A stretch of 64,000 bases of DNA, taken from an uncultured Acidimicrobiia bacterium (GTDB lineage Bacteria > Acidobacteriota > Terriglobia > Versatilivoradales > Versatilivoraceae). Below, one piece after another: positions 30,916-41,737 of this stretch (position 1 is the stretch's first letter; each line of letters starts with the position of its first letter). The notes under the pieces are model-generated. The model was given only the letters and a program-made list of their open reading frames with translations, was not told the origin of the DNA and did not search any database. The stretch spans positions 768,001 through 832,000 of the forward strand of contig CAWBAT010000005.1 in assembly GCA_963786955.1 (NCBI GenBank), read 5' to 3'. The translations under genes and the position numbers were made by a program.

Positions 30916-31344
30916 TCAAATTACGGTCTATTTTTTCTTGCTATTCGCCTTAGTCAACGCAATTCAGAGGGCACGAAAACCAAGAAGGGCAGTAGTGCTT
31001 AAGCCACTTTGATGCCAGGGGGAAGTCATATGGGGTCGTCACAGGATGTATGGACTCAATCACTTTCCGCCTCTGCAGTGTCAAGGCCAATTACCCCTAA
31101 GAAGGGCAAAATGACCCAATATCCTCTGGAGATTAGGCCGATAGTCAAGGAAACCTATTGAATTTGTTGGCTCTTGCAGATTGGAACCTTCCCTGCAAAT
31201 GGGTTAGATGATGTGGATGAAAGTCTCGCGGTTTGTCCAAAATGAAGATTTCGGTTGGTGGTGACATAAGTTATAGATTCTTATTGATCCTAGGATCTGT
31301 AACACAATGACCAACAATAGGATCTGCATGGCGGAGGTCAAAAA

Positions 31345-31386
31345 ATGAAAAGACTAATCACCTACATTCGAGCAGTCCGCCAATGA
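31345..31386 (+). CDS. 13-aa ORF MKRLITYIRAVRQ coupled to the downstream gene
   Basis: GGAGG at 31333-31337; its TGA overlaps the ATG at 31383 (ATGA). Confidence 0.4.
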   Translation: MKRLITYIRAVRQ

Positions 31387-32567
31387 GGACTCTCGTCGTC
31401 ATACCGACTCTCATGCTCGATTGCTCGTTTTCCGCGCCGCTTGCCTGGATGTTCGCCAAGCATGCCGACAGAGTAAAGGGAGTATACGGTTTCGAACTGA
31501 CACGGGATATGGTTCTGGAACACGAGCAATTCATCATCGAGCTCAATTGGTTTGTCACATTGCATGAGTTTGGGCTGATTGTGGATTTCATCAGAACTCA
31601 CAATCGGTCGGCGAAGATACTATTCGGTGGAATGTATGCAGGCATTCGGTACCAGGACATATTCCAGCGATACGACGTGGACTACTTCATCCTCGGCGAC
31701 AATGAGCTGCCGATTCAGCTGTTCGTCGAATCCGTAGCGCCCCAGAAGATCCCGAATTGTGTCGGACGCGAGTTTGCGAACCCCATTTCCTACACGTTCA
31801 CCGAGGAGCAATATGGCCACTTGGACTTTGATCTAAGTTGGTTTCCGAGCTACTTCAAATACAGAACGCTGGACGACCAATTCCTTTTGCCCCACATTAT
31901 CACGACCAAGGGTGGCTGCAACGCCGTCCATGATGGATGCGGCTATTGCATGGGATCAAAACGTCAAGAACTCCGGCGCCTTTACAATAGGCCGCCGATT
32001 ACGATGACGAACGAAAACCTCATGCGGCTTCTTGATCGGGCACAGAAGAAGTTTAAGGAAGCTTCGCTCTATTTGACCCGCGCAGCGAACTATGATTTTT
32101 CTGGCAGGCGATTTGATTTGGACATGACCATCGAGGTAGATTCCCACACCTCTGTCGATCAAATAGCATCCGTATGCCGCGCCTTTCGCAAGGTATTCCT
32201 GCTGGTATCCGCCTATGAAGAGGGAATCAGCGGCTCGGCCCTTGATCAGAAACTTTTCAAGAGAATCCTTGACCTCGAGGATGCGGATCACCGTATTCGA
32301 TTCTACGTATTCAAGAAGGACATCAAAACCTCGGGCATCCCCAACAACCATATCATGTATTCCGAATTCGCTTTTCCCGAGGCCGCTGATTGGAACTTCT
32401 ATGTCAACCTAGACAATGCCATCGAGTTCAGTCGGCGCTTCTATGGAACATGCAATCGTCATTTTATCGACGGTGTACCCAATGTTGCGGCCACCAATCC
32501 TAACTACATTTCGCAGTGTTTTCACTTCTCAAAAGGATACTTGCGCCCCTCTGAACGCGTGCCTTGA
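31383..32567 (+). CDS. Cobalamin-binding domain / radical SAM-like protein with CX6CX2C motif
   Basis: KILFGGMYA...VDYFILGDNE (B12-binding fold signature); TKGGCNAVHDGCGYCMGS. Confidence 0.65.
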   Translation: MRTLVVIPTLMLDCSFSAPLAWMFAKHADRVKGVYGFELTRDMVLEHEQFIIELNWFVTLHEFGLIVDFIRTHNRSAKILFGGMYAGIRYQDIFQRYDVDYFILGDNELPIQLFVESVAPQKIPNCVGREFANPISYTFTEEQYGHLDFDLSWFPSYFKYRTLDDQFLLPHIITTKGGCNAVHDGCGYCMGSKRQELRRLYNRPPITMTNENLMRLLDRAQKKFKEASLYLTRAANYDFSGRRFDLDMTIEVDSHTSVDQIASVCRAFRKVFLLVSAYEEGISGSALDQKLFKRILDLEDADHRIRFYVFKKDIKTSGIPNNHIMYSEFAFPEAADWNFYVNLDNAIEFSRRFYGTCNRHFIDGVPNVAATNPNYISQCFHFSKGYLRPSERVP

Positions 32568-33057
32568 AGAGGTGTCCGTCCGCCGAATGACCGAGGGGTT
32601 ACTTGGAATCCAGCTTTGGCTTTCACTCCTGGGCTGGGGCAAGTGTCCGGTTGGCCGTGCGAAACACGCTGTGATGAAGGATGTCGCGGGCGAAATGCGG
32701 TCTGCCCGGGCGGCCGTGGCCTTTCAGCCTCTCTTTGGCCTGACCAACCACATGAGCGAGGAGAAGAACAACGTCCGTTGCCATGGCTTAGGCCAACCCG
32801 TGGTTCTTGATAAAGTACCTTCGCCGTGAGAAAGGGGGTTGATTCGGAATGTTGCCAGGCGCTCCGGGGAATAATTGAACGCTACAATGTCCTTGAACGA
32901 GGTATAAGAGAGTGCCTGTCGGTTCAAAGGGCAGAACAAATTAAGCAGGTTCAATTAAGTGCCCGCAACTTCGGCACTCGTCGCAGTTGGCCGCTGTTCA
33001 TCGCATTCCGTGTAACTCGTTGACGCAACCCCTGACAACCCTCGATCCGCAATGTTT

Positions 33058-33987
33058 CTAGATTTCGGGAATCCCTAAACCCTTCCCGCCTGGCTTTGAC
33101 ATCACGGCCTCGGGGTAATAACGCTGAATCATGTCGGAAGCAATTTTAGCGCGACGGACACGCTCGCGGGTCAAGGCGATTGCCGTGGACTCCAGGTGGC
33201 TTCCGCAGGGATAGACATCTGGTGCGTTTCTCAACCCCAACTTGACATAGAGCGGAGAGACCACACGGATCATTTCCGGAACCTCGTAATGACGGATGAA
33301 TCCTCCAAAGTTGTCCGGGGTTTCCACATAGAGGTCGAGAGGGAGAGAGACCGCTTTCCGGGCAGAGGCCAGGAGCGGCAAAGGCAAGTCAGAAGAGATA
33401 TTGAAGGTGTCCGCCCCGCAATCCTCCAGGATCTTCACCGAAATCGGATTGTTCGCGCTCAGTTGAACCGATACTTTTGCCACCAGGTTCGAAGGAAGCT
33501 TGCCGGCCTTCTTCATTTCGTTTACCAGCCAGAGTAACCCAAGATCAGCAATGAGGACTCCCCGCAGCCCGAGATCACAACCCCGCTTGATGTCTTCGAT
33601 GGCATAAACGAGCTGATCTGCCCCACGAAGGCTCCAGCCGATGATTTTTCCTGCAGGTGTCAGGGGCAAAGCTCCGATATCGAAGGCTGCTCGGGGACCC
33701 ACAAAGAGGCTGACTTCCATCTGCTGGTCCTTAGCCATTTTCAGCATCTCTTTGATTTCGTCATCGGTCAACAACATGATGCCACTTCCCTGGCTGACCC
33801 GATGAATAATCAAGTGGTGTTTTTGGGCTTCTTCAATGACAGCCTTTAAGCAACGTGGACCTTCAACGGTGGGGATCTCAAAGCGGTATTGAGCGCCGTC
33901 AGGGAATCGCTTTGGAGAGCTGGGAAGTTCATACCCGTCTCGTGCAGGGAATCCCAGGGCTTCAATGAATTTTCTCGTTTCTTCCAT
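33058..33987 (-). CDS. Peptidase U32-like TIM-barrel protein
   Basis: FPDGAQYRFEIP, HRVSQGSG, GVLIADLG, PLDLYVE, PLYVKLG. Confidence 0.7.
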   Translation of the reverse strand: MEETRKFIEALGFPARDGYELPSSPKRFPDGAQYRFEIPTVEGPRCLKAVIEEAQKHHLIIHRVSQGSGIMLLTDDEIKEMLKMAKDQQMEVSLFVGPRAAFDIGALPLTPAGKIIGWSLRGADQLVYAIEDIKRGCDLGLRGVLIADLGLLWLVNEMKKAGKLPSNLVAKVSVQLSANNPISVKILEDCGADTFNISSDLPLPLLASARKAVSLPLDLYVETPDNFGGFIRHYEVPEMIRVVSPLYVKLGLRNAPDVYPCGSHLESTAIALTRERVRRAKIASDMIQRYYPEAVMSKPGGKGLGIPEI

Positions 33988-34011
33988 AGGGGGATTCCTT
34001 TCAGTCCCTGA

Positions 34012-34138
34012 GTACTGCCTTTCATAAATAAGGTGACGTATCTATGGATGGCCGCCGCGTGGGGTCACGCGGCCTACAAAGGTGTGAGCCGGGTCACCGA
34101 CCGGGTGTTAACGTCATCGAATTTCTGAAGGGGAGTAC
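34012..34138. repeat. GTAC-ended inverted-repeat element enclosing GTAG REP(s)
   Basis: Arms AGTACTGCCTTTCATAAATAAGGTGACGT vs reverse complement GGTACTCCCCTTCAGAAATTCGATGACGT (22/29 match). Internal minus-strand GTAG-GCCGCGTG-ACCC-CACGCGGC (34054-34077). Confidence 0.65.
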
Positions 34139-34240
34139 CTGGTTTGTCATCTATCCATTTTCCAATATGCCAAGGTAAAACCACGAGGAACACAAAAGAC
34201 GCGTTCCTCGTGGACTGCCCACAGCTGATGAAACATAGAA

Positions 34241-35653
34241 TTAATTTTTAGGGGAACTCGCCGAAAGATCCTTTAGCCGATCCAGCACATGATCTTTAAT
34301 CCATTTCGCGTCCCACCATTCCGTAGGATTGATAGGGACGCCTTGCAGGAACATCCCAAAATGCAGATGGTCTCCTCCAGCCAAGCCGGTTGCGCCACTT
34401 TTCCCGATGACCTGCGTCTTCTTGACTGGATCGCCAACTTTCACATCCATGGAACTCATGTGGCCGTAGAGAGAAAGCAAGCCGCAGCCATGGTCAATCA
34501 GGACGGTATTGCCATAAATTCCAAAATAATCCGCATAGACAACTACCCCATCATTGGAAGCCTCGATGGGGTACTGCTGGGTTACCGAAAGGTCAAAACC
34601 CACATGGTCTTGCCGGTCGACTTCTTTCGCCTGATAGAAGTAAACCCGATGATCTGCAAAAAGGGATTCGACCTGAGAATTGCTGAGCTGTAAAAATGCC
34701 CCACTCCATAAGAAACGAGGGACTGACATCGCGCAAAATGCGCGGATCTGATCATGATTTGCTTTACGGAGTACGTTATTGATTTCCAGGTAAGTCTTCA
34801 GCAATTCTCCCTGATCTTTGATGTCTGGCGTATGAGACATAATCTCGGGAACTACTTTTTGCAGAAAAGCGTCATCCAATTGGATATCACGGCTGCGGAA
34901 TTTCTTGGGAAAAATCTTGTTCCAGAATGTGGCCACAGCTTCATTGCCTGCCTCGTCCCGGGCAATGACTTTCAGTGGGGCATTTTCAGGCAAATAGTAG
35001 GCAAAGGCAAAGAGGGAAAAACGTAGGCTGGGATCGGCTCCGGATATCGGGAACCCCGGGAAGAAATTGGGGCCTGCCTGAGCCCCGGAAAGGATCGCGT
35101 CGGGCGAAATGCGGTAGACAACACATTCGGATCCACCCTGGTTAATGTAATGCTGACCCGATAGAACTTCTAATCGCGGGGGATAAATGTCAAACTCGAA
35201 ATCCTTCTGTAACTGCGACCGATTTCCACCAAAGAAACTTCGAAACGAATGGTCGGACGCCACGACGGTCAGGCTGGCAGGACCTTGCTGCACTTTGTAC
35301 TTCTCAGTCAACAATTTCCCCAAATCAATCGTCAGCTCCTTCTGCTTTCCAGTACGCCAGATCGTAAAGAGAGACGGACCGGGATAATTCTCCTCAAAGA
35401 GGGGCACCAGCTGGTCCTTTTGTTTCAAGACCAATGAAACATGATTCAGTCCATTGCCCTGATCCTCGATCCGCAAATTTAAAGCGGGGTTACGTCCCAG
35501 CGAGTTAAAATTACGGTCAAATCGAATTTCGGGTGCTTTCCCTTCCCATCGTTTGTAGGTCATCAAAAAATAGAGAAGGAAGATGATCCCAATAAAGGAA
35601 AGAATGAATCCCAGAATGCTCATTCCCCGATCATTTCTTCTGTGTCGATCCAT
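34241..35653 (-). CDS. M23 family metallopeptidase with N-terminal TM anchor
   Basis: HVGFDL, GIYGNTVLIDHG, LYGHMS, TGLAGGDHLHF. Confidence 0.9.
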   Translation of the reverse strand: MDRHRRNDRGMSILGFILSFIGIIFLLYFLMTYKRWEGKAPEIRFDRNFNSLGRNPALNLRIEDQGNGLNHVSLVLKQKDQLVPLFEENYPGPSLFTIWRTGKQKELTIDLGKLLTEKYKVQQGPASLTVVASDHSFRSFFGGNRSQLQKDFEFDIYPPRLEVLSGQHYINQGGSECVVYRISPDAILSGAQAGPNFFPGFPISGADPSLRFSLFAFAYYLPENAPLKVIARDEAGNEAVATFWNKIFPKKFRSRDIQLDDAFLQKVVPEIMSHTPDIKDQGELLKTYLEINNVLRKANHDQIRAFCAMSVPRFLWSGAFLQLSNSQVESLFADHRVYFYQAKEVDRQDHVGFDLSVTQQYPIEASNDGVVVYADYFGIYGNTVLIDHGCGLLSLYGHMSSMDVKVGDPVKKTQVIGKSGATGLAGGDHLHFGMFLQGVPINPTEWWDAKWIKDHVLDRLKDLSASSPKN

Positions 35654-36246
35654 CAATAGTTCTCCTGAATACAAGCTTCGTAGGTAGAGGCTATCCTTTG
35701 CCACTACACTCAAAATCTGTCGTTGAGATTGATTCTAGTCCCTTACAGCCCCCCAGCCGAAACACTCGCTTCGGAAGGGCCAATCTTTTATCATGATCTT
35801 AAGCGGGAGACTCCCGCACATTTTTGATCAAAGGTCCGGTTGAAAAGTAATTTGTGGGCCCGGAAACCGACTTACCTTAGTACGACTTTCAAGAAAAGTC
35901 TAAATTTTTCATGTCGCAGAGGAGTATGATTGGGCAGAAGAGATGGGACACAAAAGCCTTTTATTATAATCGTATAGCCTCAGATAACACCCCCTCAATA
36001 GACTCGATTGGCCGTCCAGTAGCGAGTACTCGATTTCTTGATTTTCCGAAAGTTCGCGTTGGTTAGTAGAAGGCACAACTCCCTTGCTCAAGAGGGTTTA
36101 TCCTGATCTCTTAACCACGATATCTCCTCTTGCATTTAAAGATTTAGTCAATAACTCCTTGACAAATAAGGGGAAAACAAGATATACAATGATGTTTGTT
36201 TTGTCGTGAATGACCTCATTGGGTTCGGTGGGGGAGAGAATATGAA

Positions 36247-37206
36247 TTGCGCGGGAGGGACGGAGAATTGATTCCGAAAAAAAAGAAAAAGGTATTAGTG
36301 ATTGGTGAGCTGAATGTTGACATCATTGGCGTCGGATTACAGACGTTTCCGGTCCTTGGGCGTGAAATCACGGCTCAAGAGATGGCCCTGACCTTGGGAA
36401 GCTCATCGGCAATTTTAGCTTGTGGGTTGGCGAAGCTCGGCGTTCCTGTCACGTTCATCAGCAAAGTGGGGAAGGACGAATTTGGAAAATTCTGTTTGGA
36501 AGAATTGGAAGCAAAGAAGATCAAAACCAACCATATCATCCGCGATGCAAAACTGAGGACAGGTCTTAAAGTCTCGTTGAACTTTCGGAATGATAAAGCT
36601 CAAATTACCTACCCGGGGGCAATCCCACACCTTTATTACAAAGAGATTCCATCCCGAATCTTCAGGGAACATGACCATTTGCACATTTCGTCTTATTTCT
36701 TACAGGAAGGTCTACTTCCGTCGTTCCCTCAGATGTTTCAGGATGCCAAACAGGTTGGGATAACCACATCGCTCGACCCAAATTGCGACAATAAGAATCA
36801 GTGGAATTCTGGCATCTGGAAGTGTCTAGAGTACTTGGATGTCCTGCTCTTAAACGAGATGGAAGCCATTAATATTGCCAAAGCGAAGAGTCTGAACAGG
36901 GCTCTAGAGATCTTTTCTCAGAAGGTGCCAACCGTTGTGATTAAGCTGGGACCCAAAGGGGCCGTGGCCAAGAGCCATGGGCAGACCATTCAGCTTCCCG
37001 CTTTTAAGGTGAAAACGGTTGACACGACTGGGGCTGGTGACTCATTCGATGCGGGTTTCCTTTTTGGCACTCTGAACGGATTTGACCTGAGAAAGTCTCT
37101 CACCATCGCCAATGTCTGTGGCGCGGCTTCAACCATGGGGATGGGGGGAGCGGCCTCTCAATATGATTGGGAAGAGACACAAAAATTTCTAAGGCGCCAG
37201 CCTTGA
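36247..37206 (+). CDS. PfkB family carbohydrate kinase
   Basis: VIGELNVD, LGSSSAI, LLLNEMEA, VDTTGAGDSF. Confidence 0.9.
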   Translation: MRGRDGELIPKKKKKVLVIGELNVDIIGVGLQTFPVLGREITAQEMALTLGSSSAILACGLAKLGVPVTFISKVGKDEFGKFCLEELEAKKIKTNHIIRDAKLRTGLKVSLNFRNDKAQITYPGAIPHLYYKEIPSRIFREHDHLHISSYFLQEGLLPSFPQMFQDAKQVGITTSLDPNCDNKNQWNSGIWKCLEYLDVLLLNEMEAINIAKAKSLNRALEIFSQKVPTVVIKLGPKGAVAKSHGQTIQLPAFKVKTVDTTGAGDSFDAGFLFGTLNGFDLRKSLTIANVCGAASTMGMGGAASQYDWEETQKFLRRQP

Positions 37207-37259
37207 AGGATTCGAGTCCCGAACGGATCCGGCATCTCGCATCTGGCAGGACAATTTCC

Positions 37260-37973
37260 TCAAGTCAATATCCCGCGATCGGCAAAACTAAAATAGTGGT
37301 TGCTGCCCACCACAACGTGATCCAGTAGAACAATCTCCATCAGAGCACAAGCGTTCTTTAAGTCGGTCGTCACACGTTTGTCTTCGCTACTGGGCTCAGG
37401 GTTGCCACTGGGATGATTATGAACGGCAATGATCGCGGCAGCACCCAAGTTCAGCGCCCGCTTGACGATTTCTCTGGGAAATACGCTGGCGGTATTGATG
37501 GTACCGCGGAATAACTCCTCAATGGATATGACCCGGTGTTTAGTGTCGAGGAACACCACGCTAAAGATCTCCTGGTCAAGATCACGATATCTTTGAGCCA
37601 AAATCTTAAAGACATCCGCAGAGCACTCAATAAAGTCCTCCCTCTTGACTTTTTCCAGAAGGCAACGCTCATTCAGCGTTGCAATGGCTTTTAATGTCGC
37701 GATCTTAGCAGTCCCCAATCCTTTAACTTTGCGCAGTTCCTGCTCGCTGGCTTTAAACAGCCCTCTCAACCCATTAAATTGGTCGAGAAGCTTTCGGGAG
37801 AGATCTAACACACTCAATCCTTGGACACCCACCCTGAGGAAGATAGCAAGGAGTTCGGCATCCGTCAGGGCTTCTGGACCTTGAGATATGAGCCGTTCAC
37901 GAGGCTGTTCCGACTTGGGCCAGTAGCTCACCCAGTTCTCGGAGATTTTTTTGCGGGGGACCGGTTGATTCAT
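37260..37973 (-). CDS. radC: RadC (JAB domain) protein
   Basis: PRERL, DAELLAIFLR, VFPREI, HNHPSG, LLDHVVV. Confidence 0.93.
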   Translation of the reverse strand: MNQPVPRKKISENWVSYWPKSEQPRERLISQGPEALTDAELLAIFLRVGVQGLSVLDLSRKLLDQFNGLRGLFKASEQELRKVKGLGTAKIATLKAIATLNERCLLEKVKREDFIECSADVFKILAQRYRDLDQEIFSVVFLDTKHRVISIEELFRGTINTASVFPREIVKRALNLGAAAIIAVHNHPSGNPEPSSEDKRVTTDLKNACALMEIVLLDHVVVGSNHYFSFADRGILT

Positions 37974-38119
37974 AAGATCACCATTAAACAAGACCCGCAG
38001 ATGACCACTGATTAACGCGGCTATTTGCAGTTATAAGTTTGTTCGATTGTTCACCTTGTTGTTCTCGGTTCACACGCATGCCGATTCCAAGGTCGATGAG
38101 GATAGATGCACAAAGTCAG

Positions 38120-38677
38120 TTACAGTCCCAGCTTGTCTGAACAGGCTTCCAGCGCGCCAATGCAGAACGAGATATGTTCGTCTAGATCCATTCCCAGTTC
38201 CTGGGCTCCTTTGATAATATCTTCCCGGCTGACGGAACGAGCAAATGCTTTATCCTTCATTTTTTTCCTGACGGATCGTGATTCCATTCCCTGGATTCTC
38301 TTATCCGGGCGCACAAGAGCAACAGCCGTAATGAATCCGCTCAGCTCATCACAAGCAAATAGAGTTTTATCCAGCAAGCTTCTTCGTGGACAATTCGTCC
38401 AGTCTGCATGGGACAGAATCGCGTAGATGACTTCATCTGGATATCCCAGCTCTTTCAAAATAATGGAGCCTTTTTGAGGATGGTCGGGAGGATTCGGATA
38501 CATCTCATAATCAAAGTCGTGTAACAGACCGACAATACCCCATATTTCGATGTCTTCTTCAAATCTCTTCGCATAGGCGCGCATACAGGCTTCCACGGCC
38601 AGCATATGCTTGATGAGGCTTTCACTCTTGGTGTATTGCTGAAGTAATTCCAACGCCGACGGACGATCCAATGCCAC
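38120..38677 (-). CDS. HD-domain phosphohydrolase
   Basis: KHMLAVE, GLLHDFDYE, DELSGFI, KDKAFARSV. Confidence 0.88.
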   Translation of the reverse strand: MALDRPSALELLQQYTKSESLIKHMLAVEACMRAYAKRFEEDIEIWGIVGLLHDFDYEMYPNPPDHPQKGSIILKELGYPDEVIYAILSHADWTNCPRRSLLDKTLFACDELSGFITAVALVRPDKRIQGMESRSVRKKMKDKAFARSVSREDIIKGAQELGMDLDEHISFCIGALEACSDKLGL

Positions 38678-38686
38678 CTCCAGAAG

Positions 38687-38772
38687 CAGAAAGCAGAAGG
38701 CAGTTGGCAGAAAGCAGTCAATGAGAAAGATCTACTCCTTCCTGCTTGCTGCCAACTGCCTTCTGCTTTCTG
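38687..38772. repeat. Heptamer-array hairpin (31-bp arms, 1 mismatch)
   Basis: CAGAAAG CAGAAGG CAGTTGG CAGAAAG CAG - 24 nt - CTGCTTG CTGCCAA CTGCCTT CTGCTTT CTG. Confidence 0.75.
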
Positions 38773-38780
38773 TTGCTGAT

Positions 38781-41397
38781 TCACGTTTCCATCCAGTTTT
38801 TTCCCCGAGCCGATTTTGACGACTATCGGCACCAGTAGCGGATGAACGGATTCCATTTCAGTTCTCACAAGCTCTTCCATACATTGAAGTTCATCCTGCG
38901 GTACATCAAAAACAAGCTCATCATGAACCTGTAGGAGCATTTTCGATTTCAGCGGATTCAGTTCCATCTTCTTGTGGATTCGGATCATCGCGAGCTTGAT
39001 CAGATCAGCCGCGGTTCCCTGAATAGGGGAATTCACCGCGGTCCTTTCGGCAAAGCCACGGAGATTAGGATTCTTGCTATTGATTTCCGAGATCTGGCGC
39101 AGACGACCAAACAGCGTCCGGGAAACACCAGTCCGTCGGGTCTCTGCAATGGTTTGGTCGATGTAATTCTTTGACGCCACGATAGTGTTCAAAGTATCGA
39201 TTGATAAATTCCTGAGCCTCGCGGCTGGAGATTTCCAATTCTTTCGCCAAGCCAAATGCGGTTTGCCCATAAATAATGCCGAAATTAATGACCTTCGCCC
39301 GACGCCTGATCTCAGCACTTTGTAAGCCCGGGTGAATTCCAAAGACCTCTCTGCCCGTACGACTATGAATATCTTCCCCATTGCGAAAAGCCTCTAAAAG
39401 AACTGGATCCTGGGAAAGATGCGCCAACACCCGAAGTTCGATTTGCGAATAGTCTGCAGCCAACAGAACACATCCGTTGCTGGGGATGAAGGCGGAACGG
39501 ATTTTCGTCCCCATCTCTGAGCGAATGGGAATGTTTTGTAGGTTTGGATTACTACTGGAAAGCCTTCCGGTCGCAGCTACTGTCTGGTTAAAGGAAGTAT
39601 GGACGCGGACCGGTCACTGGGTTGACAAGGCGAGGGAGAGCATCGACATAGCCGGTCTTCAGCTTGGCAATCTGCCGGAACTCCAGGATCAGCCTGGGCA
39701 ATTCATAGTTTTGCGCGAATTGTTCCAGCACCTCAACAGAAGTAGAAAACTGGCCGGATTTTTTCAGCTTCTTAGGGGCAGGAAGATTCAATTTCTCGAA
39801 AAGTATTTCCCCAAGCTGTTTTGGAGAGCTGATGTTGAAATCTGTCCCTGCCAATTCAAAGATTTTTTGACTTAAGGTATCGAGTTTCTTCTCAAATTCG
39901 AAGAAAGATCCTCAAGCAACCGGGAATCAATCCGGATCCCGGCCAATTCCATGGCCGCAAGAACTTCAGAGAGTGGCCTCTCGATTCCCTGGTAGACTTG
40001 TTCCAACCGCTCTTCCATAATTTTTGGGTGCAGCAGGGAAAATAGTTCTCGTGTCGCCATGCTTCTATCGGCGGCTAACTTTTGCAGGGGTCTTTTGCAG
40101 ATGGGCGAAAACGATCTCTTCAAATTGGTGATTGCTTCGATTCGGTTGTGTCAGATAAGACAACAGCATCGTATCCCATTCCAGCCCTCGGAGTTTCTGT
40201 CCTTGCCGCAATAGAACAACCTGGAGATTCTTGGCACTATGGATCACCTTTTGGATCGCATCATCCGAAAAGAACCCGTGAAAATCAGAAAATCGCAAAA
40301 GACTCTCTTCGCCGAAGCTCGCCTGCCATTCCCGCTGTTCTCCCGCGAATCCCACACTCCGAATGTTGACCTGCATGGGGTCTTCCTCGTCAAATTCGAC
40401 ATAGCAATAAGTCCTTGCCTCAGCCTGGAGAGCCTTCATCATTTCGCGAACTTCAGACAAATTCCGAATTGTCTCAATAGAGGCAGGAATCAAGTCGACC
40501 TGTGGACTTTGGCTTTCATACTCCTTTAACAGTGATTGAAAACCCAATTCCGCAAAAAGCTCTGGTAACTGCGTGATGTCCGGCGGATTGCCTGGAGTCC
40601 GTTAAATTCCAATCGAGAGGGACCGCGGTGTGAATGGTCACCAATTGTCTGCTTTGAAGAATTTGGTCCCGATTTGCAACTGAAGAGATTCCCGGTAGGT
40701 TTTGCGATTGACTTTGTCTGATTGCTCCAGCAGATTATCGATCGAGCCAAACTGTTTGATCAGCTCTTTGGCGCCTTTTTCTCCGATCCCTGGAGCTCCC
40801 GGAACATTGTCAACCGAGTCGCCCATTAATCCGAGAACATCGACAACCTGAGAACGGGGGTACACCGAAGAACTCCTCAACTTTAGCGGAATCAAACAAG
40901 ATGTCTGCCTTGGCCTGATGCAACACTCGCACTTGCTCAGTCACCAGCTGAAACATGTCTTTATCATTGGACACAATGACAGCCTCGAGATCCTCCTGCT
41001 CCGCCCTCTGGGAAAAAGTTCCGATAATATCGTCTGCTTCGAATCCTTCAATCTCAAGAATCGGGAGGTGCAAAGCTTCGCAAAGCTTCCGAATCAGAGG
41101 GATTTGTCGTGCAAGGTCCTCCGGCATAGCCGCACGATTGGCTTTATAACCCTCAAACGATTCATGCCGGAATGTGGGTTTCATACCATCGAACACGATG
41201 GCGATATAGTCTGGCTGATACTGGCGGACGAGCTTGCGGAGCATGGAGGCGAATCCGAAAACAGCATTGGTGGGTACCCCTTGGCTGTTTGTTAAGCCAC
41301 GGATTGCATAAAACGCCCGAAAAATGTGCGACATGCCGTCGACCAGAAAGAGTCTCTTTTTCTTTACAGCCGTGGATACCGGCTGGCTGGTCGTCAT
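38781..41397 (-). CDS. polA: DNA polymerase I (multiple frameshifts)
   Basis: LFLVDG..RAFYA, GFEADD, GDSVDNVPG, FNISSPKQL, ADYSQIELR, AKVINFGIIYG, IQGTAAD, LQVHDEL. Confidence 0.93.
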
Positions 41398-41737
41398 GGC
41401 GTCAAGCCTTTCTCTGAGAAATAAAGACAAAATCTAGCATAGAAACTCGACTCGGAGTGAAGATATCTCGGATGGTTCTCTCTCCAGATTCATGGCGGGG
41501 GACACGCCCTTCTATAGGCTGGGGCCTCCCACCCGACCTGCAACCATTGAGCAGGTCTAATAGAAGGAATTTTTAGTTAGCCTCCCGAGTATCCGATTCA
41601 ACCTTCTGAACACCAGGAAGAACCATATTAAGAACTGAAGTGCCTGACAGGCCTATCGTTAAGATAGTTGAACCAGTCCTATCCATGAATTTCATCCTAC
41701 AAGGTGTTTCCTCTATGCGTCGTCCGATTCTCTTCAT

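Noticed and set aside
31329-31337. TGGCGGAGG as an att copy of the tRNA 3' end
   Set aside because: Only 9 bp, inverted rather than direct, and it coincides with a ribosome-binding site.
37994-38025. Possible other 9-mer array (CCGCAGATG ACCACTGATT AACGCGG)
   Set aside because: Too degenerate, and no convincing inverted partner.
38781-41397. Mass pseudogenisation or programmed frameshifting (polA, tricorn, speE, MFS, TPR and others split)
   Set aside because: Single-base indels, often at homopolymers, hit even core genes; long-read assembly error is the simplest explanation.
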